Positions 12,643-23,810 of a DNA stretch of 64,000 nucleotides are shown piece after piece. The notes below the pieces were generated by a model. That model had not been told where the DNA came from and searched no databases. It saw only the letters and a list, made by a program, of their open reading frames with translations. Both the position numbers and the translations under genes were made by a program. How positions within the stretch are numbered: position 1 is the first letter of the stretch; each line of letters starts with the position of its first letter. The stretch is taken from contig OZ316898.1 in NCBI GenBank assembly GCA_973895155.1, forward strand, positions 4,526,480 to 4,590,479. The letters run 5' to 3'. The DNA is from Marsupella aquatica (taxonomy: Eukaryota > Plantae > Marchantiophyta).

Positions 12643-13119
12643 ATGTCGTTCAGTCGCGGAGATCTGCTGACCAAAACGCGGCGGCTCATCAAGGGAAACG
12701 TCATCAAGAAACCTCTGTGGTTCGACGCCGTCTCTAGAATTCCACCCCAGTCAATACGAGTGCGCGATGCTAAACCCCCCAAAATCGAATTCCCTGAAGA
12801 TCGTCTTGTCAAGTCGTACTTGGCTCGGCATCCTGAAGCTCAGTGTATACCCTTTGCGTTGAATAGCTTTGAAGCTCCTGTTGCACGAAGGTTTGCATGG
12901 CAGGTCCTAGAACTGTTGGAGCTAGGTTATTCTGAGGACTGGGCCCGAGATGCAGTTGAGGCAAATTTGGCTGCTGAGGAGAAAGCGATACGCAGACGCA
13001 ATTTGCAAGAGGGACGACCCCTGCCCAAAAGCGCGATGGAGGAAGTGCAAGAAGAGGAGTGGTCGTTCATTGCTAACGGCTTGCGGAGCATGGAACCTGT
13101 CAAGCAGGGAAATGCTTGA
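12643..13119 (+). CDS. mS23: Mitochondrial small ribosomal subunit protein mS23 (MRP-S23/S25 family)
   Basis: MSFSRGDLLTKTRRLI...PLWFDAV...PP, I.FPED.LV..Y...HPE and ARRF...VLEL match the plant mS23 pattern; single-exon 158 aa. Confidence 0.82.
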   Translation: MSFSRGDLLTKTRRLIKGNVIKKPLWFDAVSRIPPQSIRVRDAKPPKIEFPEDRLVKSYLARHPEAQCIPFALNSFEAPVARRFAWQVLELLELGYSEDWARDAVEANLAAEEKAIRRRNLQEGRPLPKSAMEEVQEEEWSFIANGLRSMEPVKQGNA

Positions 13120-14895
13120 CAGCATTTTGGATTTCTCTTTGGTGAGCATAACTGGGAATGCTATATCCATCAGACATTTTTAAGTCTTTGTTGCCAAGGA
13201 CTGATTTCTGTGCGCGCAGCCTTCTTAAATTTTTTATAGATTTGAGCAGCGGCTAATTCAAGTCGAGGAGCTTCGGGATGATCTCGCTAGGATTTTTCGA
13301 AAATCAGGCAGAACGATCGGTGTCTTGCAAGCTGGATTAACTTAGAGCAACCGGTTCGATGATCATATAGACGAATTCACGTCCTCCTGAAGAGGTATGG
13401 GGTCGAATATCTAGTATGGCTCTTAGATTCGTCGGTGGGAGGTGTCTACTCGAAAGAAGATTATGAAAAATTCAATTGGCTGTAAAATTTCCTTCTTCGT
13501 GTAAAGTTATCGCAATTTTTCTGCAGAAATGACGATACGGTCTAGTTGGTTTTGGGCACGGAGTAGTTCAAATTTAGTTGCTTTCTTGTTGTTCACCTAG
13601 TTTCTGGTGCAAGAAACTATTTGGCAATGTTTTCATGGGGATAGCAACCTCGTTTGGATCACGATAATGATTTCTCTCAATTACATGACATCGGAGGTCA
13701 TCCACTAGATGCATTGCAGACAAAACTAGAGATTGCACACAGACTGGAAAGTGGACTGTATGCATTCACACAGCCACGTTGAGTTACTGCTGAACCAGGA
13801 CACAAGCCCTAAAGCATGAGAAAAGTGCGTTACTTTCTTAATGCGAAATCATGTTGTTAAACATTGCTTGCACAACAATCTTGTTGACGCGCAGTGCTTG
13901 TCCCTGGTTTCGAAATCAGTCTCAGGTTGAAAGTTAGGTTATGTGAAATGTGAACTTAGCCATCACTGTGGCATGAGCAGAGGATATACGTCCTGTATGG
14001 TACGCTGTTGCAGTGTGAAGATGTACCTACAAGAAGATAACAATGGTGCAATAATCGCATGGTACGAAAGGTAAAACAATGATTGTTCCTACACAAGAGA
14101 CTCATGACGAAAATTCAAGGATATAGTGAAGAAGGCGAAGCCAGTAAGTCTAGAATCCACACATTCTGTTCCTCTTCATGGTATGCAATCTATTCTGACC
14201 ATTTGTGTATGTATCTGCAAACCATTGCTATAGAGAGACTATGAGACTAGCCAACCACTGTCACCTTTGCTTTGGATTGAAGAATGGAGGCCATCAAAAT
14301 CCGTTCTCACGCATCTACATTTGGTTGTAGAACAAAACATTAGCACAGTTTTCCATAAATCCATCACTTTTGGTGAGTGGGAGTTTTCCTTCTACAGCAT
14401 CTGACATTACTAATTTGCTTCAAGCTCTCGCAGGCCCACTCGGAAACAGCTACTTTCAAAATTTCCCAGGATGTAGCATAGGGAAGATTATACCAGGATA
14501 AACTATGACTTTCATTTGGGGTCCCCATCGACCAAGCACTCTGAGACACTCCCAAGAAAATGAAATGTATGAAGGAAAGGTGCTATCTTAAGAAAAATAC
14601 AAAAATAATTATTCAGGGGGAATTTTGGATTGACATGCTATAATTTTCTCATCAAGAGTCAAATTTAGACAATTCATTACTTTTTCTGCCAACCTGAAAA
14701 CCCCACATGTCAGGCTAATCTGCAACTGTAGATTGGAAATAGGAAGTGAAAATTAAGTTAATATCTGCAAAATAAGTGGGTTAGCCTTCAAACTATAGCC
14801 AAGTGCAATTTTAAGTTATTTGTAATTATATTTTGTCATGGTCCGCTTACTTGGTTTTTCTTGAGCTAAAAATTTGAGGTATATGGAGGGCAAGA

Positions 14896-15094
14896 AGTTC
14901 ACCGGACTCCCACATAGACTTCAATACTCATGTCTTGAAGCAGGTACTTTCTGTGTCTCCACGGAGGGAATAACTCAAGAGATATTTTCAGGGGCAGAAG
15001 TTTGTGGCACTCCCACACCCCCACCCTAAACCCTAAACTCCAGTAATAACTCCAATACTAATGTCTTGAAGCAATAACTTTCTATGTCTCCACT
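14896..15094. repeat. ~85-bp degenerate tandem repeat, split by the PHIS element and continuing at 27499-27604
   Basis: Units ACTCCCACATAGACT...TGTCTCCAC..AG..GA.T.ACTCAAG at ~14896-14970, 15050-15094 plus 27502-27520, and 27517-27604. Confidence 0.75.
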
Positions 15095-15547
15095 AGGGCG
15101 TCTCAAAGTAGCGGGACGACAAAAAGTTGCGGTATTACTGCTCATCCCGTAATTGAAGTTACGGGACCCAGTTACGGGTTCCAACTTGGGCAGGGCGGCA
15201 GCTTTGACCCGCTCCGTTAGGCTTGACTTACGGGTTAATACCCGCTCAAAGCTGAGCGCCCTTACCTTCCCTCTCGGACCATGGGCTGTCAGGCGGCTTT
15301 TGGAGAAGCCACGTCCTCCCGATTCTTGGCCGTTCTAAGTCCAAAGCAACTGATGCCCTCCATTGCACATCCTGAATATGATGGAGTTCAAACCAAACTT
15401 TTAAATGAATTCAAACTGGTGCGTCGTATGTACTTCATGGAGCCCTGATTTCAGCATTGCAAAGCTCAAGAAATTTATGTGCAGAGATCGTTGTGTGTCG
15501 AAGATAAGGCAATCGCAGATTGAAGCACAAAATTACCTGTGACGGTG

Positions 15548-17220
15548 ATGGCTCCAGATAGCCCCGCTGCTCCAGCATATAAGCCTGAGGATGATTCTGG
15601 CTTTCCAGCACCTTCGCATTCAGTGACGGGCTTAGCAATCTCGCTAGGGATTTTTTACAATTTTCAACCTTGGAGTCCAAGTGCTCAACAGATTGCGCCT
15701 CCTGCTCACCGATTCCTCTCAGCTCACATGGCAAATTCAGGTAGCGCTGGATATGTTAGAGGTCGAGGAACATTCAATGCTCCACGACCTGTTCCAACTA
15801 GGGGCAAGGAGACGGCAGACAAATTTCGTCTGAAAGACCAAGACTACGAGCTCATTGTCAGCTACTTGGAAATTCCGGAAAATTTCAATGCCATTCACGG
15901 TGCAGGCAAGAAGACAAGGGTGGGAGGCAAGTATCAGAGCAAGGCCACTGTTTTCCGTCAGATGTTGGCTGCATTGCAACACCATGGATTTCCGCGAGAG
16001 ATAACTGCACCCAATTTGACAAAAAGATTTCAACGATTTGTGAAGCGTTACAAGGATGCCAGAGACGTGAAGTTCCAGTCGGGTGGAGGCCTCACCGAAG
16101 ATGACCTCAGAATGGGCCTTACAGAGGACAAGTTGAACCGACTCTGTCCATACTTTGAGCGCATGCATACCCTCTACGGAGAGAGGCCCAATGTTGCTCC
16201 AGAAGTCCTTGGAGATGTTGGAATTGATGAGACTGACCTGGTCCTGCTGGAGGAGTCAGGTGACACCGAGGGATACTCGCAATATGGCGAGGAACTCCTT
16301 TACCCAGATGTTATCCCAGCTCACACCCCTACTATCATCCTTGAAGGTAAGAAATTGTGGCCTTAGTTGCAATGAAGATGTGACATACATGTTACTTGTA
16401 ATGACATTTCCACTCGCTTCTCAATTCATAATATGTGCAAGCGACATTTGTTCTTTTAGAATCATGATATCCTTGCTTAAAGTAATACTCCTTCCATGAT
16501 TGCCTTGCTCCAGATACACCTGTGCAATCAGAAGCAGAATCGATGCACACCAGTCCCCTAGATGTACCGATGCCTGACACCCTCAGGAACCCGCCCTCTC
16601 GTGAGAATTTCTGGCAACACCTAGAGGGTATTACTGCACACAACATCCACATTGTTTCTGATACATGTCAGTGCCACCAGTGCAAGAATTATGTGAATGT
16701 GGACACTGGGGAGACTAGGCCTCTGCCCACTGGTAGTGCAACTGGTGCTCACAATCCCTTGCAGCCTCGCAAGAACAATGTCCAAGCCACTCCACCGAGA
16801 CCGCCACCAACTCCGAAGGGTACCAAGACAGCAGCACAGGCAGCAAAAGAGGCCCAAGAGAACAAGAAACCATCATTCTCAACAATCTATGCAGATAGGA
16901 TCGCCCAAAAATCAAACTATCGAAAAGAGTTAATCCACTCTAGAGACAAGTGGAAACTGCAGGACCTTGAAGAACGTCGTGCTGCTAGATTGGAGGCTCG
17001 TCAAGAAGCTCTCCTAAAGCGACGTCTCGATCGGAAGCATGAGCTTGTACTACAGCAGGTTGCATCTGAAAATGCCCTTAAAAAGGTTAAGGCTGAGCAA
17101 GATCATGCAGTCGAGATGTCAAAATCGGCTCAACGTATGGCATTGTTGACTACACTCTTTGGCAGCTCCAAGACTCCTGACGAGATTAGGACATTGCTGC
17201 CCATTGTAGACGCAGAGTAG
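15548..17220 (+). CDS. PHIS partner protein (Myb/SANT-like DNA-binding region plus C-terminal coiled coil), 2 exons
   Basis: Exon 1 ends at 16346 (GAAG|GTAAG); in-phase acceptor CCAG|16514. Motifs LIVSYLEIPENFNAIHG, LCPYFERMHTLYGERPNV and C-terminal GSSKTPDEIRTLL are typical of Harbinger partner ORFs. Start may be 15548 or 15728. Confidence 0.75.
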
Positions 17221-17736
17221 ATGCAGGATAGCATGCAGCTTAGAGTAATTGTTGTCACATGGTGGGTTCCTATAAATGTCACAATCATTATTCTTGATCT
17301 TCAATAAATGACACGGTTTTGCACAAGTATGAATGACATAATTTTGCACCCGAAGGGACTATGGAGCATATTTGTGCATACAAGAAACTTCTGAACACAT
17401 ACACACGTAAATCCAGGCATAATGGGCTACACTCTAAACTGTAATTCAGATTGATGTCCTACGTACTAGATAGATGATTGTCTAAATGAACTCCCCAAAA
17501 TTTGCAGAAGTACACCCAATCCCTTGTTCATACAAGAAATTAAAAGTGTTGTTGGCAAAATTGAAGTTGAGTAGTGCAGCGATTGTTGGCTACAAGTTTG
17601 TATAAAACAATTGTGGAGCAGACTGCAGTTACAAAATTTAATTGGCACAACACATGTTTTTTGACAAGATACAAAGGAACTCACTAGTTCCTGATTTATT
17701 TATAACAATTTGCAGAAGATTTTCCACATACAAAGA

Positions 17737-18157
17737 TGTTGAGCATAGACGACGATCGCAACGGCAAGCCCATGAACCATCCAACGCACAATAGTCGACA
17801 CAAGAGATACGTGGTTCACCTCCTTGAGACTACGTCCACGGGAATACACAAGAGAGCCTTACTGAACTCTAAGCCCGTCGGCTATACCGAGTCTCCACAG
17901 TGTAAGCTCTCCCTATCTCTCAAGTGGCTCCATAACAATGAGCCTTGGTTCTACCTCTCCAAGCACACATGCCTCTTATGATATAGTGTGCAACTTAGTT
18001 GTACCTAACCACATAGTTGTACCTAATCACGTAGTTGTACCTAACCACATAGTTGTACCTAATCACGTAGTTGTACCTAACCACGTAGTTGTACCAACCC
18101 ACGTTGTTGTACCAACCACGTCATACCTAACCTAGACGTAAGAGTAAATACCCAACA
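17737..18157 (-). repeat. Copia 3' LTR (421 bp; seven 18-bp units)
   Basis: TGTTGAGC...CCCAACA with tandem GTAGTTGTACCTAACCAC-like units. Confidence 0.95.
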
Positions 18158-18170
18158 ATCTTCCCCTTGA
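18158..18170 (-). promoter_or_regulatory. Polypurine tract of the copia element
   Basis: Minus strand TCAAGGGGAAGAT directly before the 3' LTR. Confidence 0.85.
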
Positions 18171-18348
18171 CTCTGGTCTAGGGGAGAGTAATACTGCCAA
18201 TGTATATGATCCCTCAGCGGGAAGTTCTGGACAGAAACCAAACCGGTTTCCCTCTCTAACTAGAGCAAACCAGAACTAAGCCGTAGCCTAATACATAGGA
18301 ATGAGGAAGAGCATATATCAGTAATTACAATGAATGTTTAAGAAAACT

Positions 18349-21300
18349 CTACTTGTGATGCAATTGCAAAACCTGCAATACGTCACGGTGTCTAGAGAAA
18401 CTCTCCAAAGGAATCACTTTGGTAAATGCGTCAACCGGGTTGAGTTTACCATCAATCTTGACTAGCTCAAACAAATTATCAGACACAGCCTGCCTGATAA
18501 AATGGTACCTGACGTCAATGTGCTTCACTCTGCTGTCCATCACCTGGTTCACAGCAAGGTGGAGCGCACTTTGACTATCACAATGGAGCTTCACATTCCC
18601 CTGTGGCAATCCCATTTCAGTGATAAGTCTATCCAACCAAATCGCTTCCTTTGCTGCTTCCGCAGCTGCAACATACTCCGCTTCTGTAGTAGACTGAGCA
18701 ATACACTTTTGCAAAGTAGACCTCCAACTTATGCATCCACCGCCAAGTGTGAACACGTATCCTGTTGTTGATCTCCTTCGGTCCAAATCTTGTCCATAGT
18801 CAGAATCTACATAGCCAATCAATGATCTAGCATTCTTTGCATTCGCATCAAATAAAAGACCATGATCCACGGTACCCTTCAAGTACCTGATAATCCACTT
18901 CACTGCTTCCCAGTGTACCTTCCCTGGATTCGACATGTACCTGCTCACCTTGCCCATAGCCATGGCAAGATCAGGTCTAGTGCAAGTCATCAAATACATG
19001 AGACTCCCCACTGCCTTGTCATATGGAACCTTTGACATCAACCCCTTCTCTGTGTCATCCGTAGGACAGAACGCTGATGATAACTTGAAGTGTGGAGCCA
19101 ACGGGGTACTTACTGGCTTGTTATTCTCCATGTTGAACCTTGCAATTACCTTCCTCGCATAACTGCTCTGCGTCAACCATAGCTTGCCAGCCTCCAAGTC
19201 CCTAGTGATCTCCATACCCAAAATCCTCTTAGCTGACCCTAAGTCCTTCATCTTAAACTCTGCACTAAGCAGTGCCTTGAGCTTAACAATCTCAGACCTA
19301 TCCTTGGCTGCAATTAGCATGTCATCCACATAAAGTACTAAAACAATGAACCCAAAGACAACATTCTTCACCGGTTTCAAATACACACAAGGGTCAAATA
19401 CACTTCTGTGAAAACCTTGTGACCGAATCCAATCGTCAAACCGCTTGTTCCACTGTCTTGGTGACTGCTTCAACCCATACAAGGATTTCAGCAATCTGCA
19501 AACCAATTCCTCCTGTCCTCTCTTCACAAAACCTAGCGGTTGTCTTATGAAGATCACCTCTTCCAATGTGCCATAGAGGAAAGCTGTGACAACATCCATC
19601 TGATCTAGGAGCAGACCAAACATTACAACAAGTACACACAATAGTCGTATTGTAGAGTACTTAGCAACTGGTGAGAAGACCTCATTGTAATCCACACCTT
19701 TCTCTTGTGTGAATCCCTTTGCTACCAATCTAGCCTTGTAGACCTTCGATCCACCTCCTATGGAATTATCCTTCAGCTTGTAAATCCACTTGCTGTCCAC
19801 CACTTGCTGACCCTTAGGCAGCTTAACAAGCTCCCAAGTTTTGTTGTCCTTTAGTGACTGCATCTCCGTTTGCATTGCTGCAGTCCACTTCTGCTTCTCT
19901 TTTGAAGCACTTGCCTCATGAAATGAAGAAGGTTCTCCTTCTTCCAAAATTAACGCATCACCCTCATCATCAGCTGTAAAATCATCCTCTTGCAGTTGAA
20001 ATGAATCAACCCACTGTCCATACCTTGATGGAGCGCGTACAGTGCGACCAAATGTTCTTCTAGCCGATGACTCCGGTTGATCTGCGTGTGCTGGTACAAT
20101 TTGAAGCTCAACAGCATCCACTTGTTGCTCACCAGCATCAACAAACTCCTCTGGTTCCTCTGGCACAGGAACCAGCTCCATAATTGGAGCAACTCCTTCT
20201 CTCCGGTCATGCACCTCATAACCAATCTCCCCCTCAACGAGATCCGGGATAGGAGATTTTCCTTTGTCAGTACGGGAGACCTGAGTATTCTCCCCCTCCT
20301 TCAATAATCTGGATTCATTGAAGGAAACATCCCTACTGACAACGAGCTTACAGGCAATAGGATCCCATAGCCTATAGGCTTTCACACCACTCTGGTACCC
20401 AAGAAAAACACATTTCCTGGAGGTAGGATCCAACTTGGTCCTATTCTGCTTTGGTGTGAGAGCATATGCATCACTTCCAAAAATTACCAAGCCATGATAG
20501 TCTGCTTGCCGCTTATAGCGCATCTCAAACGGCGTTTTGAAATTGATAGCACTAGAAGGAGAAAGATTTACCAAATAAGCTGCGGTATTGACAGCTTCTG
20601 CCCAAAATTCTTGTGGTAAACCTGATTGGCTCAACATACTCCGTGACCGCTCCAACAGTGTCCGATTGAGCCTCTCAGCGACACCATTCTGCTGCGGAGT
20701 ATAAACTGTGGTGAGATGGCGAGTTATCCCCTGTTCTGAATAGTACTCTTCAAATTCCATTGAAGTGTACTCCCCGCCGTTGTCTGACCTCAGACTCTTC
20801 ACCCTTGTATCCAAACACTTGATCGTGTTTCCAGTCTGATTCTCCACCTGGGCCTTCCACTTCTTAAAAATGGACAAGACATCAGACTTATGCGTCATGA
20901 AATAAATCCACACAAATCTTGAGTAATCATCAATAAATGATACATAGTACAACTTTCCAGAGTGTGAGGGAGTCGGGGATGGACCCCACACGTCACTATG
21001 TATGTACTCAAGAACCGCTTTGGAACGATGAGTTCCAACACCAAAAGCACGACGATGCTGCTTTCCAAGAATGCAATGCTCACAAAACTCTAATTTACAA
21101 GATTGCAAATCAGAAATGAGTCCATTCTTCCGTAAGATAGCCAAACCCTTCTCACTCATGTGGCCTAGCCGTGAATGCCACAGTTGAGTCATCTCCTCGT
21201 GAGACTTGGTTACATTGGCCTCTCCACATACAGTATTGCCCTGTAACACATACAAATTCTTTTGTCTACTCCCCTTCAAAATCACTGTCTCTCCCGACCT

Positions 21301-21621
21301 GACTTGAAGTTCACCATCAATAACGCTCCATTGATGACCATTTGAATCCAACACACCGAGTGAAATCAGATTCTTACGCATGCCAGGTACATACCTGACT
21401 CCGGACACTGTGCGCACAGCGCCATCAAACATTTGAATCTTCACAGACCCAATTCCCTCAATTTGACAGGAGTGATCATTTCCCATCAGAACTGAACCGT
21501 TTGAAACAGAGTAAGAACTGAAAAACTCATGAATGTAACAAATATGAAAAGAGCAAGCACAATCAAGAATCCACACATCATCTGCTCTCCTAGATGACGT
21601 GCACAGGGCATACCCCCAGCT
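18349..21621 (-). CDS. pol: Copia pol (protease, GAG-pre-integrase, integrase, RT, RNase H), in frame with gag after a single UGA
   Basis: WILDCACSFH, LWHSRLGH, HSDVWGP, RSDNGGEY, QNGVAER, KARLVAKGF, SLYGLKQSPRQW, LYVDDMLI, STTEAEY, KHIDVRYHFIR; open throughout. Confidence 0.95.
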   Translation of the reverse strand, partial: SWGYALCTSSRRADDVWILDCACSFHICYIHEFFSSYSVSNGSVLMGNDHSCQIEGIGSVKIQMFDGAVRTVSGVRYVPGMRKNLISLGVLDSNGHQWSVIDGELQVRSGETVILKGSRQKNLYVLQGNTVCGEANVTKSHEEMTQLWHSRLGHMSEKGLAILRKNGLISDLQSCKLEFCEHCILGKQHRRAFGVGTHRSKAVLEYIHSDVWGPSPTPSHSGKLYYVSFIDDYSRFVWIYFMTHKSDVLSIFKKWKAQVENQTGNTIKCLDTRVKSLRSDNGGEYTSMEFEEYYSEQGITRHLTTVYTPQQNGVAERLNRTLLERSRSMLSQSGLPQEFWAEAVNTAAYLVNLSPSSAINFKTPFEMRYKRQADYHGLVIFGSDAYALTPKQNRTKLDPTSRKCVFLGYQSGVKAYRLWDPIACKLVVSRDVSFNESRLLKEGENTQVSRTDKGKSPIPDLVEGEIGYEVHDRREGVAPIMELVPVPEEPEEFVDAGEQQVDAVELQIVPAHADQPESSARRTFGRTVRAPSRYGQWVDSFQLQEDDFTADDEGDALILEEGEPSSFHEASASKEKQKWTAAMQTEMQSLKDNKTWELVKLPKGQQVVDSKWIYKLKDNSIGGGSKVYKARLVAKGFTQEKGVDYNEVFSPVAKYSTIRLLCVLVVMFGLLLDQMDVVTAFLYGTLEEVIFIRQPLGFVKRGQEELVCRLLKSLYGLKQSPRQWNKRFDDWIRSQGFHRSVFDPCVYLKPVKNVVFGFIVLVLYVDDMLIAAKDRSEIVKLKALLSAEFKMKDLGSAKRILGMEITRDLEAGKLWLTQSSYARKVIARFNMENNKPVSTPLAPHFKLSSAFCPTDDTEKGLMSKVPYDKAVGSLMYLMTCTRPDLAMAMGKVSRYMSNPGKVHWEAVKWIIRYLKGTVDHGLLFDANAKNARSLIGYVDSDYGQDLDRRRSTTGYVFTLGGGCISWRSTLQKCIAQSTTEAEYVAAAEAAKEAIWLDRLITEMGLPQGNVKLHCDSQSALHLAVNQVMDSRVKHIDVRYHFIRQAVSDNLFELVKIDGKLNPVDAFTKVIPLESFSRHRDVLQVLQLHHK

Positions 21622-22656
21622 TCATAAAACATACTCATCATTGAGTAAATCAGCTTCTCCATCAGCCCTAGCCACATTTGCCGATGAAGTTTCCGCTGCC
21701 TTTCCCTTACAGTCTCGCTTGAAGTGTCCAACTTGGTTGCACTTCCAACATGTCACTTGCCTCCTCTGAGGGGATTTACCCTTGGACTTAGATCTGGATT
21801 TAGATCTAAACTGGGTTCTACGGTCCCCAGTTGGTCGTTGCATACTCCTCCCACGGTTAACATTGAGGGCAGCACCAGATAATGAAGGCTGTGACGTGAT
21901 GTGCATCTTCTGCTGAAGATCATCACTAAGCAGAGAACTTACCACGTCATTGTATGAAATGGTATCCCTATCACGATGCAACAACACTCGTGATAGGGAC
22001 TGGTAAGATGGAGGCAATGAACTAAGAAGCTGCAGAGCCTTCGTCTCATCATTCAAAGTCTCCCCAAGGTTTTCCAAGTCAACGACCATGTCGTTGAAAG
22101 CATCCACATGGTCTTGCAACTTCGTACCAGATTCCTTCATCCTGAAACTCATCAGTTTGTAGGAAGTGTAGAGCCGGTTCGACAACTCCTTGCGGTGATA
22201 CTTGCTCTGCAATTCCGCAAACAAGGACATGCAATCCTTATGTGCACCTAACTGCTTGATGATGGGAGGCATGAGATAGAGTGTAACACACCACACTCCC
22301 TGCTCCTGCATGCGGTCCCATTGTTTCTCATCAACATCGTCTTCACGAGGGCTCAGCAGTTGGCCCATCCCTAACGCATAAAGTACTCCCTTCACCTGCT
22401 TCTCCCATAGCAAGTAGTCAGAGCGCCCATCATACTTTGTCACTTCATACTTGGGTCCCCCAAGCTTGAAAGTCCCCATCTTCTTCTTTACCGTGAGCTC
22501 CGGTAGTAGTACTGCTTCCTCCACCACACGCCGCACCGGTGATGGTATCGGTGTCACGTGCTCTTCCTCTTGCTCCTCTCTCTGCCCCTGAAACCTCCGC
22601 GGTGATCCTCGTGCTTCAAGTTCCACGTCTTCAAAAAACTCCTCCGAATCACTCAT
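21622..22656 (-). CDS. gag: Copia gag with CCHC zinc knuckle
   Basis: KYEVTKYDGRSDYLLW, LLSSLPPSYQSL, CWKCNQVGHFKRDC. Confidence 0.93.
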   Translation of the reverse strand: MSDSEEFFEDVELEARGSPRRFQGQREEQEEEHVTPIPSPVRRVVEEAVLLPELTVKKKMGTFKLGGPKYEVTKYDGRSDYLLWEKQVKGVLYALGMGQLLSPREDDVDEKQWDRMQEQGVWCVTLYLMPPIIKQLGAHKDCMSLFAELQSKYHRKELSNRLYTSYKLMSFRMKESGTKLQDHVDAFNDMVVDLENLGETLNDETKALQLLSSLPPSYQSLSRVLLHRDRDTISYNDVVSSLLSDDLQQKMHITSQPSLSGAALNVNRGRSMQRPTGDRRTQFRSKSRSKSKGKSPQRRQVTCWKCNQVGHFKRDCKGKAAETSSANVARADGEADLLNDEYVL

Positions 22657-23796
22657 ATGAGAAAGTCACAAAAAATGTTGTTTTTCACAACTTCTCAAAA
22701 AACTCGAAACTCAACACCGCCGCGTAGCCCACAAAGCTAGGAGTCCAATACTGAAAACCAAAATCAAAATCGAAATTTGACGGAAAAGTTATTCAAATTT
22801 CGGTCGAGGTGGGTAAAACCTTGGGAAACTCCCCCGTTTTGACCACCTCAGGGAATAACCAAAATACCAAGTACAACCCGTTGTCGGAATTGCGATGTGA
22901 TTGGTGCGCTGCATTGCCAACTTCAATGGCTACGACCTCGCGGAAAAATATCCAAAAAAGTTACCGTTCGGCGGATGAAATCTTTGTCGGACGGTCAAAA
23001 AATAGCTCTCTGGTTTTTTGGAATATTCTATGACCCTTGTACAGGCCCTGTGGGAATTTTGGAAGAACAATCGAGGGGCTGACATGTGTCCTCGAACCCC
23101 CAAAACCCCCTACCACCCTTCGTCGTCGAAATCTGGTCGCGCGCGCAAAAAATACACACGGCAGAATGTACCCCTCGACACCAAACGCAAGATATCTCAC
23201 TCGGGTTTTGACGAAATCAAGATCCGATTTCAGATTTGGAAACTAGACTCCGAGGCGATGAAGATCGATATAAGAAGCACCCAAAACGAGGAAAGAACGA
23301 GGGAGAAAAAAATTGGTAAAGATGACAGATTTCTCTCAATTGCCATAGCCAATTTCGAATCAGTTTTTCAAAGAGAAAAAAATGGTACCTTGTCAACAAC
23401 GAATGTTGATCAATTGCACTTGGTGCCGTCACCAAGTCCAACAAGGTAATTGATTTTGCTTAGCCTTCCTCTTTGCATCAAAGAGCCAATCCCGGACTCA
23501 AAAACAATCGTCTTGCCTCAATCTCTCCGTTGAGTCAAAACACTTGACGCTTCTCCCTCCGAGTCGATTGCCAACTTTCTTCACAAAATCTAGAACGACG
23601 AAAACTTAGATCTCTCTGCACCACGAGCTCCGTTCAATGATTTCTTCACACCGTTAGAAAGCTCTTGCCCTGATCTATCTGTTGAGCCCATAAACTCCAA
23701 GTTCCATGCGATGGAACTCTGGAAAATCCACCAACACTCAACGCTGGAAAAACCGTCATGAAATCCCGTCACGAACACACGTCACCTCCCAAGCAT

Positions 23797-23808
23797 GCTC
23801 TGATACCA
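23797..23808 (-). promoter_or_regulatory. Primer-binding site for initiator tRNA-Met
   Basis: Minus strand TGGTATCAGAGC, 2 nt inside the 5' LTR boundary. Confidence 0.93.
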
Positions 23809-23810
23809 AT

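Noticed and set aside
15094-15095. TA target duplication (Tc1/mariner-like reading of the ends)
   Set aside because: The sister repeat unit fits a 3-bp ACT TSD, and the transposase is Harbinger-type.
17938-18135. VVPNH-repeat ORFs (also 24012-24245)
   Set aside because: Translation of the LTR minisatellite on the antisense strand.
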